Assembly: GCA_051362555.1 (NCBI GenBank)
Contig: CM120641.1
Coordinates: 7,874,001-7,938,000, forward strand
Source: Lingula anatina
Lineage: Eukaryota > Animalia > Brachiopoda
Length of the DNA stretch: 64,000 nucleotides
Reading direction: 5' to 3'
The position numbers and the translations under genes were made by a program. Below, one piece after another: positions 48,433 to 63,043 of this stretch. The number at the start of each line of letters is the position of its first letter. Within the stretch, counting starts at the first letter, position 1. The notes beneath the pieces are model-generated. The model did no database searches, had not been told where the DNA came from, and saw only the letters and a list, made by a program, of their open reading frames with translations.

Positions 48433-51400
48433 ATGGCGACTCCTCTGCGGTCAGATTCGTTGTCGTTAGAAATTAAGACAAAATCTGTAGAGCAGACGCT
48501 TATTCCACTTGTAACTCAGGTACGTTCTATCGTAAATGTATACCCATTAGTTTGCAAGCACTAGATCTGTAGGGTGACTTGCTGAATTTGGTTTGAAAGC
48601 TTAAAATATCACACTGGTTTATTTACATTTGCAAGTCTAAACAATTTTGTCACCGCACTGCGGCTGCGACTTGTAAGTTGCAAGGTGATCTATCGGTAAG
48701 TTTAATTTTAAAAAGCTTGACTGCAAACTGCTTTTGTGAACGAATCCAGGAAAATTCAAAGGTACTTGTAAATGCTTTCATAAATGAAAATTGGATGCTC
48801 GCACTGCGACGTAGAATTTGTAATGTCTTGTAGGTTAAATACTAACGTGTTAATATCCAGAAAGAAAGTTTAAATTAAGATTAAGTGAATAGGAAATGCA
48901 AGGGCAGTAACTGTATACAAAAATGTTCTTTTGGTAACTGACAAAGGAATCTCCTAAATATAAAGTTTATGAAAATAAATGTACATGCATGACAAACAGC
49001 AAGGCTAAGATTTGTGTTCAGAATATGTTTTTATTGTTTATTTATATCGGTACAAGTAGATTTTTTTTACAATGACCATAACATGACAATATTTTTTACA
49101 ACCACAGTATAGGTAAAAAGATTTTGATTGATTTCTGATGAAAATTTGGTTTGCCACCTGTTTTGTTACAATTTGACAACAAAAAGAATAGAATAATACT
49201 TATAACACTGATTTATTCCAGCATATGTACTTATTATTCCAGTGCATATGCCATGTCTTGGGTAATTATTTAAAAGTCAAGCAGTTGAGTTTTTATGGTC
49301 AGTTTTGCATAACCTGCAGTAATCATATTTAAGATTTGAATGCATAAATTTGGTACACAGATAGCCTTTAGAAAAACTTTTCTTTAACTTAAGGAATAGT
49401 GCTCTTGCAGATATTCAGCAGTAGCTATAACACTGAGTCTCTCCTTAAGTTATTTTGCAAGTTCAGTGAGCAATTGACAAGTATACAACTGATTATGTAG
49501 CAAAAGGAGTTTGAAATCGGATGTCTACATCCTGAAGTTTAACTGAAACATTTTTTGGGTGATACTCCCTAAATGCAGCCATAGAATCTGATCTCAGTAG
49601 GTGGCAGAATGTCCATAATGCAAAAGTAAACTACATAAACCATATGCAAACAGCAAACAATAACAATCACACAGGCTAATACCAACAATAACTAACACAA
49701 ACAAACAAATCCAGCCTCTGTTATGATATCTCACACATACTTCACACCCTGCAGACTAAAACCTTTCCCAAGCTGACACAGAACATTTATTTCAGCAGAT
49801 GTTTACGTTATATAGGAGACTGTACTGGAGTGAATGGTTTCTGTTATCAGATCTGGCATAAAAACAAGCCAGAGGTGATCAGTGGGGGCATATAAAAGAA
49901 AGTGCTGCAACTTTTAGGAAGACATTTACCACAGAAATGTATATTTAGTAACCACAAAATTCTTTCTGTTGTAAGGTTGTGAAATACACACTTGTGTTCT
50001 TATCTACTGCCTATGTATCATCTAGCTAGGTGTATACGCTAAAAGTTCAGACTCCCATAGTCAGGTGATACTTGGAGCTTGGAAGCAATGACTCCCAATC
50101 CCAGGCTGCTTCTAACATCTTTCAAACCAAAAGTGTTTTTTGACTAACTCAAGAAAGGAAAGAGCTTGATTACTGTCACATATTATGAGATCCCTGTTTT
50201 TAAGTGGTCATCCCATCTAGCAGGTTACAATCAGGGATAAGGTGAGTGACCCAGGTGTTTGACTTCAATCAACCCATCTACCTGTACTTTCTGAGGTAAG
50301 TCTGAAAACAGTTTTAGTTAAAATGGTGCTGGATGTGCCCACATAGTATAAACGATGCTGTGCTAAACAGCGCTTGTTTACATTGGTAATAACCAAGAAC
50401 CCCACTGAGAATTCTAACCTGGATATTTTCCAATTTTTTTTCAGTTTGAAGAGATCACTGTCCTTCATACATATAAAATTAGAAAATCATGCCAATAGGA
50501 AAAAAAAACTTTTAAGGGCTACCTCAAAATATTATAAATAAAAAAGGATAATAATAATAAGTATGGTTCCCATGAAATAGATGTTATTTTTAACAAATCC
50601 AGATGAAGACTGTGCTGATAATTCAGTATATGGAATGCCTTTTAAAAGGTATTTTACATTTTTGATATCTAATTTAACCAAAAGCATAAGAAGACTTTAG
50701 AAATCAATGAAAATGACAATAGGTATTTGGTATTTGGTTGGGTACAAAGTATTTCAAATTTAGAGATTGGCTTTTTTCTACATTTATGAGTTTTTTCAAT
50801 TTTCTTTTTTTGTGTGCTGTTATAAGTAGCATTTAAACAGACTACTACTAGTAGAGTATGAAGCTACCACATTGCCTCTGGTACTAAAAATGGTTTGCAT
50901 GCCAAATTTGATTGGGATGTATTTTATCGGCTGTTATGATTCATTTACATTCACCCTTGAGAAATCACTTATCTGTCATCTTTAATAGTGTTATTTATGC
51001 TGCAACTGTATGTCTACACACATTGTTTGCTATTTCTTGTTATTGATTAATTTTTTTAATGTTATTTTTAATTGATTATTCTGTTATTTTAAGTTGTTCA
51101 TTTGTGTCACTTGTGCCATGTTAATTTGCATATATATATATTTTAGGTTACAAAAATGTCATGAAGCATAATTTGAAATGATAGCTGCATCAATAGCAGT
51201 TTAAAAATCCTTCTGAAGATTTTATACATCAACCTGTATTTGCTTCAGAGTATATTTTCGTGCATTGCATACATAATTGGATTATTCATTTGATGTGCAG
51301 CTCTGATGAATCATCCCCTCAAAGGTGTTTTCTGACTTTGTTTTCAACAGAATCATGGTTTGAATAGTTGCAAAGATCTGAAGGATCAGGGCTATATCTT

Positions 51401-54400
51401 ATTGCATATTGAACCAAGGCTTAGTGAAAGAGAGCAATATTCATTCTGCATCCTAGTCTAGCTTGATATTGTAATTTATTAGGACATTGTGTTATGAACA
51501 TGGATGTGGAAAATTAAGCAGTCTAAAACCTGACATCCTTTGCTATGTTTATGATTTTTTAGATGAGATATTTGTGAATTTATTTGTCAAAAAACTTAAA
51601 TTCAATTGAATCTAGTGTTTTCATTTTTATTATCATTTTCATTTTGTTTTAAATAGAAAATGGTATTGTTTAAGATACTGAGTACATAGCATGAGCATAT
51701 AATCACTGTCTTATTTTTGTCATGGTGATTACAACATTTGTCATTTTCACCATTCTCATCATGGCATTAATCAGAGAGGGGGAATTATTGATATAGAATG
51801 TAGATTGTATATGAATGTGGTCTTTCATAGGTCTTAATGAAAGAAGGCAATATTTCCACATCGGGCATTTGGTACTAGTTTTGATAGCTCTATCACCTGT
51901 TCTAAACATGCACCCAATTAACATGGTGATCTAGGTAGGAACTGCCTTATCAGTTGATACGTAATGAGTTGTATATGTGCAAATATGCAGTCTTGTAACT
52001 AAATTTGATGGAGCATGCTATATGGGCTTATCACTTGACTGAGTGCAGGCAGCATCATATTCTTGTTTCTGCTAGCTGTAAATGTAATGTCAGTGGCATG
52101 AATCATGTATTTATATTTGATTGATGTCTATTCTACTATGACAATTAATCACTAGTCATTAATTTATTATTTTACTGCATACTCCAGCTAATGTGTGGAT
52201 GCTTATAACCCCCTCTCCCAAACATAAAGTTATTAATTATGATTTGTCACTTTTGGTTTGCAATTGTTTAACTTTCTCTGATAACTGAGACATGTAATGA
52301 ACCCCTCCCCCTCTCCCAACCGAAAGCTATTCATTATCGTTTGGCACTTTTGATTTGTAATTGTTTAACTTTCACTGATGACTGAGACATGTACTAGTAG
52401 TGAAATGAGATATCCCATCTTGTGCAGTATTGGAACAACATCAAAGAAAAAACACAGAATTAATTACTGTCACAGTTTAACTGTTGTGTCAGCAAGTATA
52501 TGATATGGGTTAGATATTTATGGTTTGCCAATATAACATTAATTACAATAATTACTGTCTTTAACACCAGTAAAGTTTACAGGTTATTTTACACATAATT
52601 CATAACTTGGTGTCACACTAAAACTCTTAATGAATATGCTCTGTAGTTGAAAGTCCTGTTCCAAATGCCACAATTCTTTAGTCTTCTATTTTGAAAAAAA
52701 ATTTACACATTTTATAACAGTAAAGTGGCCATTTCAAGAGGATGTTTTCTCAGTAGGATCCACATGCTAGCACTTCAGCCCCAGGAGACTGTAGGGTTAT
52801 GACAGTGAAAACAATGGTAACAGCATGATAGTAGCCCTGTGTCAGTAGCATATCAAAGACACTTGTCAAGTTGAAAAAGCTTGCATACCTTCTACCAGGG
52901 TAATGGAGAATTTTTTTCTGTTGATATTATAAATGGATTTTTTCCCTTGGCTTATTCTGTGCACATTTATGCAATGCTTAAATTTTGCAAAAAAAAAAAA
53001 CAAAAAAAAAACGTTATCACCCGGCATTTTGTAGAGGGAAGGATTTGAATGTTGAAGGTTGCCTGGAGCTTTGCTTCAAGAATAAATGCCAGTAACATAT
53101 AATATACCTAACTTGCTGTAGAGCAACTACTAGGTGCCAAATAGTTCATTATAAATATCAAAAAATGCCAAGAACTTTCAGTGTTGACAGTGATGATAAG
53201 GTATAAAAACTGATTTTATTCAAGACAAAAACAAGAGAAGGGGGGAGGTCTTCGTGGAATACTTTGATTTTAATATATTTATATTGGTGGTATTTTTGAT
53301 TATATATTTTTGCTGCCAACTTCACCCTTTGTTTTAATTCAAAATCATTTCCAATGTTTCTATTTTTTTTTAAATGTCTCTTTTCATGGAAGTCCATGGT
53401 CATCTCTTGCCATTGAATTTGTGAGTCTTTATATGTGATATTATTTTTCCTTTAAGTATTTTCAACTAATGCTGGTTTTAGAACTTTTGCTACTCAAACT
53501 GTCAAATTGTAAATAGATAGGCCTTCATTAATAGTAGGAGAAAGAATTGGACATACTTCACAAGTTATTAAAAATCACTTCCGTAGCAAAAATGTGCTAT
53601 CATTAGCTAACTTAAATTGTTTTGTTATAAATAAAACACTACCTTATGTTATAAATAATACACTCCCTGTGCTTTTTATCTGTGTGTGTTGTAATAGTTG
53701 TAAACAAATTATCAAGTGGAAGTTTATCATGACTCTTCTTCTTTTGCTCTTAGCGATCAATTTTTGTTGATCGTTGAGATTGACCCGAATGGGCATTTAT
53801 ACTTATGCCAGATTCTACATATAATTTTGTGTGGATACAAAAAGGTTTCCCTGTTTTGTTTACATATAGTTAAGTTTTCAGAAACTGCCTATGATGCATC
53901 TTATACTATTTCAATTTCCGCTTATTTAAACATGTGGTTTCTCTCTGTGGTTTTGTTGATCACTTTTAGTATTACTTCAACTTGTCATTCTTCTATTTTT
54001 CTAGATCACAACATTGGTAAACCACAAAGAAAAGGCAAGGAAGTCAGAAAAGACAGTACGAGCCTTGGTCCGCGTAGGCCAGGCAGTGAATCTGGCCGTA
54101 GAGCGCTTTGTCACAGTGGGTGAAGCCATTGCTGCAGAAAACACCGAAATCAAGAATGAAATGTGTGAAGCTTGTAAAGAGGCATGTCTGGCAGGTAAAA
54201 AGATACTCAAGCTAATGTGTCCTTTTTTGAAAAATTTGTTAATTGCAAAGAATGAATATGTTTTGTTCAAATGAAATTAGAATTGCTAGATTTATTTTAA
54301 CCAGTTTATCATAGATATGGCTTCTTATTGGTTTGGTTGAAGTTAATGAACAAGAAGAATTGCTTGCTAAGGTAGGGTTAAAAGGTGCACAGTTCTGTTT

Positions 54401-57400
54401 TTGGAAGATGTTCATGTTATTGCTAGGTTTAAGTAATCAAAGAACACCTGAGGTTATTTTTACCCTCCATTTATTTAATAGAGAGGATTTCAAACAGCTG
54501 TTGTACATGCGTGTTACCTTAATCTTTTCATTACTGCTTTTGGATAGCTGTTGCCTGCTTTTTGGGAGCTGTCTATAATATAAACATGTAAATAAGTGTC
54601 TGCTGGTACTAACAACTTGTTTTAACTTAGGGTGTATTCCCAGAGATTTAGATCGATCCAGGGATTAAGATTTAGATCGACCTAACTCCCTGGGGGTTCA
54701 AGCTAAATTGCAGTCAGTCGAGCGCGCACCATAGTTAATTACCCCCTTACAGCTTTCAGTAGGCGGGACAGACGCTTAAGCCGGCTAAGCTGACAGTAAT
54801 CTAGTGAGACTCCCCACAGGGATAGATCGATCTAAAATCTATGGAAATGGGGTGTTAGACACAATCTATTTGTTGCCTTCTGCAAGATAAGATGATTAAA
54901 TTAAGTTTATATGTCATTTTTCATTTTTTATCAACTATAAAGAATTCCTTTGAAATTAAGAACCCCCCTGTCCCATTTATTTTTAAAAGATCCACTGAAT
55001 CCAGCAGAAGCCATCCATGAAAGACGGTGGAGGGTTATGCTGGTATTCTGTCAGACATCATGTTGTTAGTATTTAAAGATATTGTAATGTAGTCTTAGAA
55101 ATTATAGTTTTGGACAATATCAGCTGGTACAAAGTAACAAACTGGTGGATGTTTCACTAGTAAAAAATAAAACGAGTCTAGTGGAATGACCAGTGGACTT
55201 GTAGTTCTTAATAATTTTTCCATTATCAATAATTTTATCTTTGAACTTATGAATAAAATTTTACTTTGTCTAGGTGCAGCCATTCAGCAGCTAACAGACA
55301 TAGCTGTGGATGAGACTGGACAGCCTAGGTCTCTCACAGAGAAGACCTCTATGGTACGAGCAGCCAGACAACTCCTGTCTGCCATTACACGAGTCCTGAT
55401 CTTGGCTGACAGAGTGGTCATCAAACAGATAGTAGACACTAAGGAAAAGGTGAGGAGTGGACATATTTGGGTGTGCTTATGTGGAAGTGGAGGTGGGTGT
55501 GGGGAGTCCATATTAGTATTGGAAGCCATATTTGGATTGGATAGGGCAATGGCAGTCTGTCATCATGCTGGTGGACAGCAGAGGAAAACTTTAAGGAAAC
55601 GATGAAACAGATGCCAGATACAAAAATCCAGGACTGTTATGTCTTAACTTTTAAGACTGAAAAGTTTGGTCCACTTCACTTCTAGATCATTTAATAGTAT
55701 TTTGTTAAAATAAATATTGTTAAAATGCCATGGCTTTTTTTCATAAAACTTAAAAAAACATTTCAAGGGGATCATTAATGATTTGCCTTGGGTTATATTG
55801 CACATAAGTTTTATTTTAGTCTGCATTTTAAGACTAACTTTTAGTCTATAATAGTTTTGTGAAACCAGCCCAAGGTCAGAAAAGGGTTTGATAAGCATGG
55901 ATCTGGAGGCCGAGGCCTTTGTACTGGGCCAGCAGTACCCCACCTTTACCATGTTGATAAATTCAGTTGGTCAGAGCTCATCAGTAAATTTTGACCCTCT
56001 GCAGTAACATTTTTCATTGTTTTGTGAATAGACACCCATTGCATTCGAAAATTTCTGTAAAATGTGTACTGCATATAAGAATCTTACACATACTATAGAT
56101 TTTGTCTGTTATATGAAGGAAAGATGTTGGTTGAATTAACATTAATACTGTCTTCTCTTGTATGGTCATTTAATGTTGATATAAATGATGATATAAGACC
56201 ATGAAATAAGAATTGATCAGTGTTATAACTGTTGCTAATACAAGGTGAGTGGTTCTCAAAGGATCAATATTTTCCAAGGCCAATAGCACTTGTTGGCCCA
56301 GTTTTCTTGAATAAATACTGTTTGCAAAAATAGTTTTCAGGTTTGCTTTCATGTTTCTTTAGAGTTGTAGTTCTTGATATAGCAAAAGTGTGAGTAAAAA
56401 GGATGAAAGGCCTATACATTCTTTTCTTTTGAAGTTGCATTTTGCTGTTAAAACTGCTATTGTGGTGATGGGTGCTTTGATGTGTATATACTTGTGCAGC
56501 AAGCTCAAGTTCTACTCTGTAGAATTAGAAATCAATGACTTTGTCCATTGGCAGTTTGCTTGGACTTAAGGAGGGGGGAAGGGGTAGACAGGAACATGGA
56601 TAGGCCAATATATTCTTTTCTGTTAAAACCAGTTTCTGATGATAATCTGCATTATATTGCCTTGAAAGATAAAGTTATAGTTTTTTATATCATGATTCAT
56701 TTTTGTAATAATATGATTTAGAGGTTTGTTAACTATTATATTGACTGTAGAATTTCCTATTTACGGACAACTATTTGTGCCTTTGATAAAACTTCATTGC
56801 TATAAATAGTACTGTTTATGATATATTATCAGATATTAGATGTGATTAATATGCCCCAAATCTTGGATGATTACATTCTTATTTGCATAATGCAGATTGA
56901 TGATAATTTTGAGTAGTGGTTTAATTGGTCTTAAATGTAGTTGACAGCATTTATATTGCAGTTACGCTTGCCTCTTTAAATAAATACTGGCTTAAAAACC
57001 AGTAATGAGCATTGTTTGTAGGATAATGCCTCTGGGACTTGGAGATTGATTAGCCAAACAACTCCGTCACTATTAAAATAGATGTTATTCTGAATTATTT
57101 ACAATGATCTAAATGCACTTGGGATTGTACTTCATCAATTTTTTATTAGTGAATTGTGCCAATAAAATGAAGCTTTCTCCCCCGGATCTATGAATTTGTT
57201 TTAGTACATGGAAAATAAAAAAATTATTACAAAGAGTTGTTAACACTTGTCATCATGGCAAAACATAATCTTGATGGATTTTTAATTGGATTTTGTGAGA
57301 TACTTCAAAATACTCCCCTCATACCTTTTATTGTCTTTAACATTTTTTTATCTGATTTTTTTTTGTGTTTTTTTTTTTTTTGCATATTTATAGGTGACCA

Positions 57401-60400
57401 GAAGCCTAGACCGACTAGAGTCAGTGACCAGTTTTACAGAGTTTGTCAAGTTGTTCAGCCAGTTTGGTAATGAAATGGTGGAACTTGCCCATGTCACAGG
57501 AGACAGACAGAATGTAAACAGATATTTAACTATAATATATGCTATCTCAAATGCATACCTTAATAATGTTCAGAAACTTAAATTTGTTCAAGTTGTTTAA
57601 TTGTTTATGATTATTAAGTATTTAAAAAGGGGTGATAATATATTCATAGATATTTGGTTCTATTTCTGCCCTTGATTACCACAACTATGATAACATTACA
57701 TCCTCCTGTCAATGATATTGGGTGGTCACTGATTGGCCACTTGACCACTTGACACAAATCATGAACAATCAGTGACAAGCCAAGATCCTTGTGACAAAGA
57801 GAGTTGCCATGGCTATTGCAATTATCTACTGACTAGCACTGCAAGTGCAGAGATAGATTAACAAATTGTGTGTGTGTGTGTGCATGTGTGTGTGTGTTAA
57901 GCATAGACTATAAATACATTAGGATTTGTTCATGTAATAAATTGGCATAAAGCACACCATCACATTATCAGATTCCTCAGAAAAATTTCTTTTATCTTAA
58001 ATTTTGACTCAAGTAATACCTATTTCCAGTCTAAAATGGGGCCCCAAATGTGAATACAACTATAGATCTTTTTTCAGATATTTTGTAAACAGCAGTCAGA
58101 ATCAATCTTAAGTGTTTGTACATGTCACACAGACAAAATTGAATTACTGGTGAAACTAGAATTATCAATGTCTTGAGTACAAATTGACCTTTGTGAACAT
58201 GGTGTTGTTTTTTTTTTTGTCAGCTTTTAGTTTTGGCCTTGCTATTTCCCCTACTTAACCTTCAATGTGATAATGTTTTAGTGAATGAGGTTGTTTTCAT
58301 GGGCGTCCATATGTCTGTTAATGAACGAGATATCAAAAACTTTTTCACAAATTTTCATCAAACTTTCAGGATAGGTAGTTATTCAAGAGTGAAAGATATG
58401 ATTACAATTTGTACAGAAGTTAGGTCTTCTGATATTTTTATCAGTTTTTTTCCTTGATAGAGGTCTTTATTCTTTGAATTCTTTTTCTATTTTTGATGTT
58501 ATTTTCAAATTTCTTCCAAGATGCTGCTTGACAAACATAACATTCAGATTTACACTGGTTGTCCTAAGAGAATAATGCACTTACCAAGTTGATGAACTTT
58601 GTCAGTTCATGGCAAAGAAACTTCTGTTTTTAGTCTCATATGATTAATTATGGTATTTATAAGAAGTGATATTTATTTTCATACTTTTATTCTAGGATCT
58701 TAAGAATGACAAACAGAGAGCTCAGATGGCTGTAGCCAGATCCATTCTTGAAAAATCCACCATGATGCTCCTTACCGCCTCAAAGGTATGCTTTAACAAG
58801 GTTCATTTTAACATCCAGTGGAAAAGAGTTATTAAGAAAAAAATCAACTTAGTACCCATAAGTACTCATTGCAGTCTCAAATGGACTTCCTCTGATAGGG
58901 GAATTACTTTTTAAATGTGTCTAGATGTTTTATAGCACAGTGTTTCCTCCCTATATTTTATTTTACTTCTGAAAAGCATTTTGCCACTTTATTTCCCATC
59001 AGTTAACTAAGTGAAAAAGATAATTTGATGTGCAAATGTCCATGGAGGGGAAAATACTGTTGAATTGCCTTATAATGGCCTTTGGATCTTTTTTGCTCAA
59101 AGCATCTAGACTGCAACATTGCATTTTTTTTCAGACCTGTTTAAGGCACCCAGACTGTGAGTCAGCCAGAAAAAACAGGGACTGTGTGTTCCGTCAGATG
59201 TACAAAGCCCTGGACTTTGTCCAGCAAATAGTATGTGATGTCCCACCATCTAATGTGCAACTGTCCCAATCCCAGCTCAATGGAGACTCAGGAATAGGAC
59301 TCTCCCAACAACAGATTACAGCTCACAAAGCTTTGAGGGAGTTTGAAGTATGCACCTTGATTGATTAAAATATAATTTTATTCTTTTTTGCACGCACAAT
59401 TACACTGGTGAAATTATTTTACTACACAGTTGATCTTTGGTCAGATGTATTTAGTACATAGATCTTTATCATCATTAATATTAATTCCTCTGGAGACATG
59501 ACAGATGTTATTTCCTCCCATTATTACAACAGGATCTTCTAGAGATGAGTCGTGTCACCCTCATTGATAGCAGCATGCAAGAGAAGATGCCCAGTGCCTT
59601 AGAAACAGTGATTGAGACAGCACAGGATTTCACAGACTCTGCCTATACTTCCCATGAACACAGGGAGAAGATTGTACAGTTGTGTGAAAAAGCAAGACTA
59701 GAGCTAGATATATTATTGAGGATTGGAGGGGCACTGGTGAGAAAGACCCTGATTTCAGAACAACTTTAGCAACCTGTTTTTCAAGTCTTGTTTTAGATAA
59801 ACCTTATGTGCAAGCAAACCCTATGTGCAAGCTTGATCACTTGACTTGTAGAAAACTTAGATAAACAGGGATTGCTCCATTTGCTCTGAGATTCCGGATA
59901 ATAGAATTTTTATCAGAGTTGTTCATTCAAACTTTCCTCAAATGCTGTGTTTGTCCATTCAGAAAGTAAAAAACAAAGAATTACAATTTATGATTCAGTG
60001 GTAATTCAATTTTATGTTAGAAATAGTTAAAATTAATCCAGGAAATTGAAAAACGAAGAGAAAAATAAACAAATAATTAGGAAGATTAACTAGTTTTGAT
60101 ATCTCTGCTTCAGAATGATCGTGATAGTTCTCCCAATCAAGAGCTGGAGACTGCAATTATCAGGACAGGGACAGTGGCCAAATCATTGAGAAAACAGGTA
60201 GTCAGCATTAGGGTACTTATAATTGTTAAGTGAAAGTTGAAACCATAGACCACACCATACCTGAAAATGTGATTTTTTATTCAATCAAGTACCACAGTAT
60301 TTTTAAGTTATTTGTGTGGCATATTGTGACAGCAGTTTACAAAGTTACAAAGTTATATTGAAACCCGAAGGATGTTTTTGTTTATTTTGTTGGAAGCATG

Positions 60401-60789
60401 TTGATGACTGTGATTGAGAATATGTTTGTATATTCAATTTCTGTTTTATGAAAGAGACTTCTTTCTTTTCTGTTTGTCATATATGTTTATATGTAGTTTA
60501 TGAATGAATAATAAGGGTACTATTTTTTAGCTGCAAGAAACAGCTATGGATCAAGCTTCGGAGGTTTTCCACAGCAATGAAGAACAGGAACTGTTCACAG
60601 CACTGAGGAATGCTGGGAGTAATGGAGAGAAAGGGGCCGTGGATGAGGTGTCTGTAAAGTTTGAGGAACACTCTGAACAGCTACAAGAGGTGACTTTATT
60701 GCTGTTGTTGCAGTGATCTTTGTTGATGGACATTGCAACACAGTTTTCTGATTCATGCTCATATTCATCTTGCTATGTATTTTTATCTA

Positions 60790-60834
<45 letters not shown>

Positions 60835-63011
60835 GTTTGTATCCATATATAATAAGTCTGTCATTCAGTTTGCCTCTGTCTGTCTGTACACCAGTCTATT
60901 TATCTATCTTCTTCAGGTTTGCAAGCTGCTGCGTCATGTGGCCGGAACTGAAGCATTGATGACCACCGCAGAATACATAGAAAACAATCTGAAGTATCTG
61001 GGACCTCAGGTACATTATAAGTCATTTTCTCTCAAAATATATGCTGGCATTAACATGCCAATTTTTCATTAAATGTATCACACTTTGGCTAAAGAAAAAC
61101 ATAATTATTTCACAGTGTTGTATTAATGTATATGCTGGTTTTAGCTACAGCAAAAGATATTCCATGGTTATATATGGCAGGTATCACTATTTGCTGAGTT
61201 TAACTTTATACATCTACCTGAATAGATTAATTTACATTTAATTAGTCTCTCATGAAAAGAATTAAAATAAACTTGTATTTATCTCAACCCAGACAATCCT
61301 GTCTGCCCAGACACTGGCTATGTACCCTGCTAGTAAGATAGCCAGGGAGAATGTAGACGTCTTCACAGATGCCTGGGAGGCCCAGATCAATGAGCTCTCG
61401 GCCCTGGTCAAGGATATTAATGATGTGTATCAGGGCAGGGCAGATAGGCAGGTGTATATGTCACTGCCAAGGCCAGGGGTAAGTGGAGTGGATTAGGCTT
61501 TATTTATAATAGCAGACCATTTTATGAGTCATTAATAATAGCTGAATTTTTTTTACTTATTAATTGAAAAAAGGGCCTTTTATTTTAGTTAGGCATAGAA
61601 GTATAATTGAGTTTGAATTGAGAACAGTGATATAATTATTTTATTTTCTTTAATCACACTACTTTGAAGATCATTTTGATTATAGGAATTCTCAGTAGGG
61701 TACAAGTTTTACCTAAACAGTTGCTACAATAATTTTCACATATAAATATAATACTATTTGTGGTTATTTATCTACTTTCTTTACATAACTTACTTTTATC
61801 AGTAAATTTTGTTGTATTTTTAAACTTAATTATCTTCACCTTAACAATCATTATTTTAATATCAATTATTTTAGAAAACATCTGTCAGCTTGTCAAATGG
61901 GATCATTGTTTTAAGCATTGTATTGTTCTGTAAATAATCTTTAGCTTTTTAAACAAAATGGTTGGAAGTAATAAGATAGAATGTACACCACTTGATGGGC
62001 AGCAAATGGTAGGAGGTAGCAACAGGAAACAGGAAGTTATAGTTTCCTGTGCGTTATGTATAGATAGTCCAGCTTCACCACCCTGAGTTTCAGAGATAAC
62101 TGGAAACTTACCTCCATTATCAGCATGCCTCTGCTGTTGCCAGTAGCATCTGAAACTCAGGGTGAGCTTGAAAGATATCAGTTTGCACACAGTAGTATAT
62201 AACTATAGTGGCATTTTATTAGTGAACTATAATTTTTTGCATGCCAGTGTCTGTGACTGACCAAAAGGAAGCAGATGTACTTATGATGATACACTTAATA
62301 ATATTCCTTTAACACACTTAAGTCGTACTGTAAAAAGGCTTTCACCATTTTTTTTAGATAGAAATTAGTAGTTAATGCACCATATAACTGTACTTATTAA
62401 CAGCGGGTTGACTTATAGCAACTAGCATGTGTGTTTCTTAGTAATCTGATAGTAAATATGTGCGGTAGCAGGTGCTGTACTAAATATTCAATGAAGCATA
62501 TCCTGTTAACTTCACGCTTTATTAAATTCAGGTGTATGCTGCAGCAATATACTGGCCATGAAATGATGAAAGGTTAAATTCCTTCTCAGATCTCTCTCTC
62601 TCTAGCATGCTTTATATTTTTGCCAATTAGCTGAATAACACTGCTATAAAAAGAAAATTTGATTTGATGAAACATTAATAAAAGTGAAATTATTGACCCA
62701 AAGCAATGTTTTTATGCTGTAGTCAAAAGGGAGAAAAATGGTAGAGGTTACATTTTAACCCTTGGCCAAATTGCCACTGGCTTGTCATTTCATGGTCAGC
62801 TAATTTGGTGTGTGTCTTAATGCTCATGTTGTATGTTTTCTGTTTGATATAATTTTTTCTTGTACTTTTTCATTTTGCACCTGCCATTTTAGATACCTTC
62901 CCCAACTAATGTCAGTGTAAGTATAATGTATTTGGTATTGCCATCTTATTATTATTTTGGTCTTTCTTTCTTGTTTTATATTAAATGATATTTGCACTGC
63001 CAGTCAATTCT

Positions 63012-63043
<32 letters not shown>

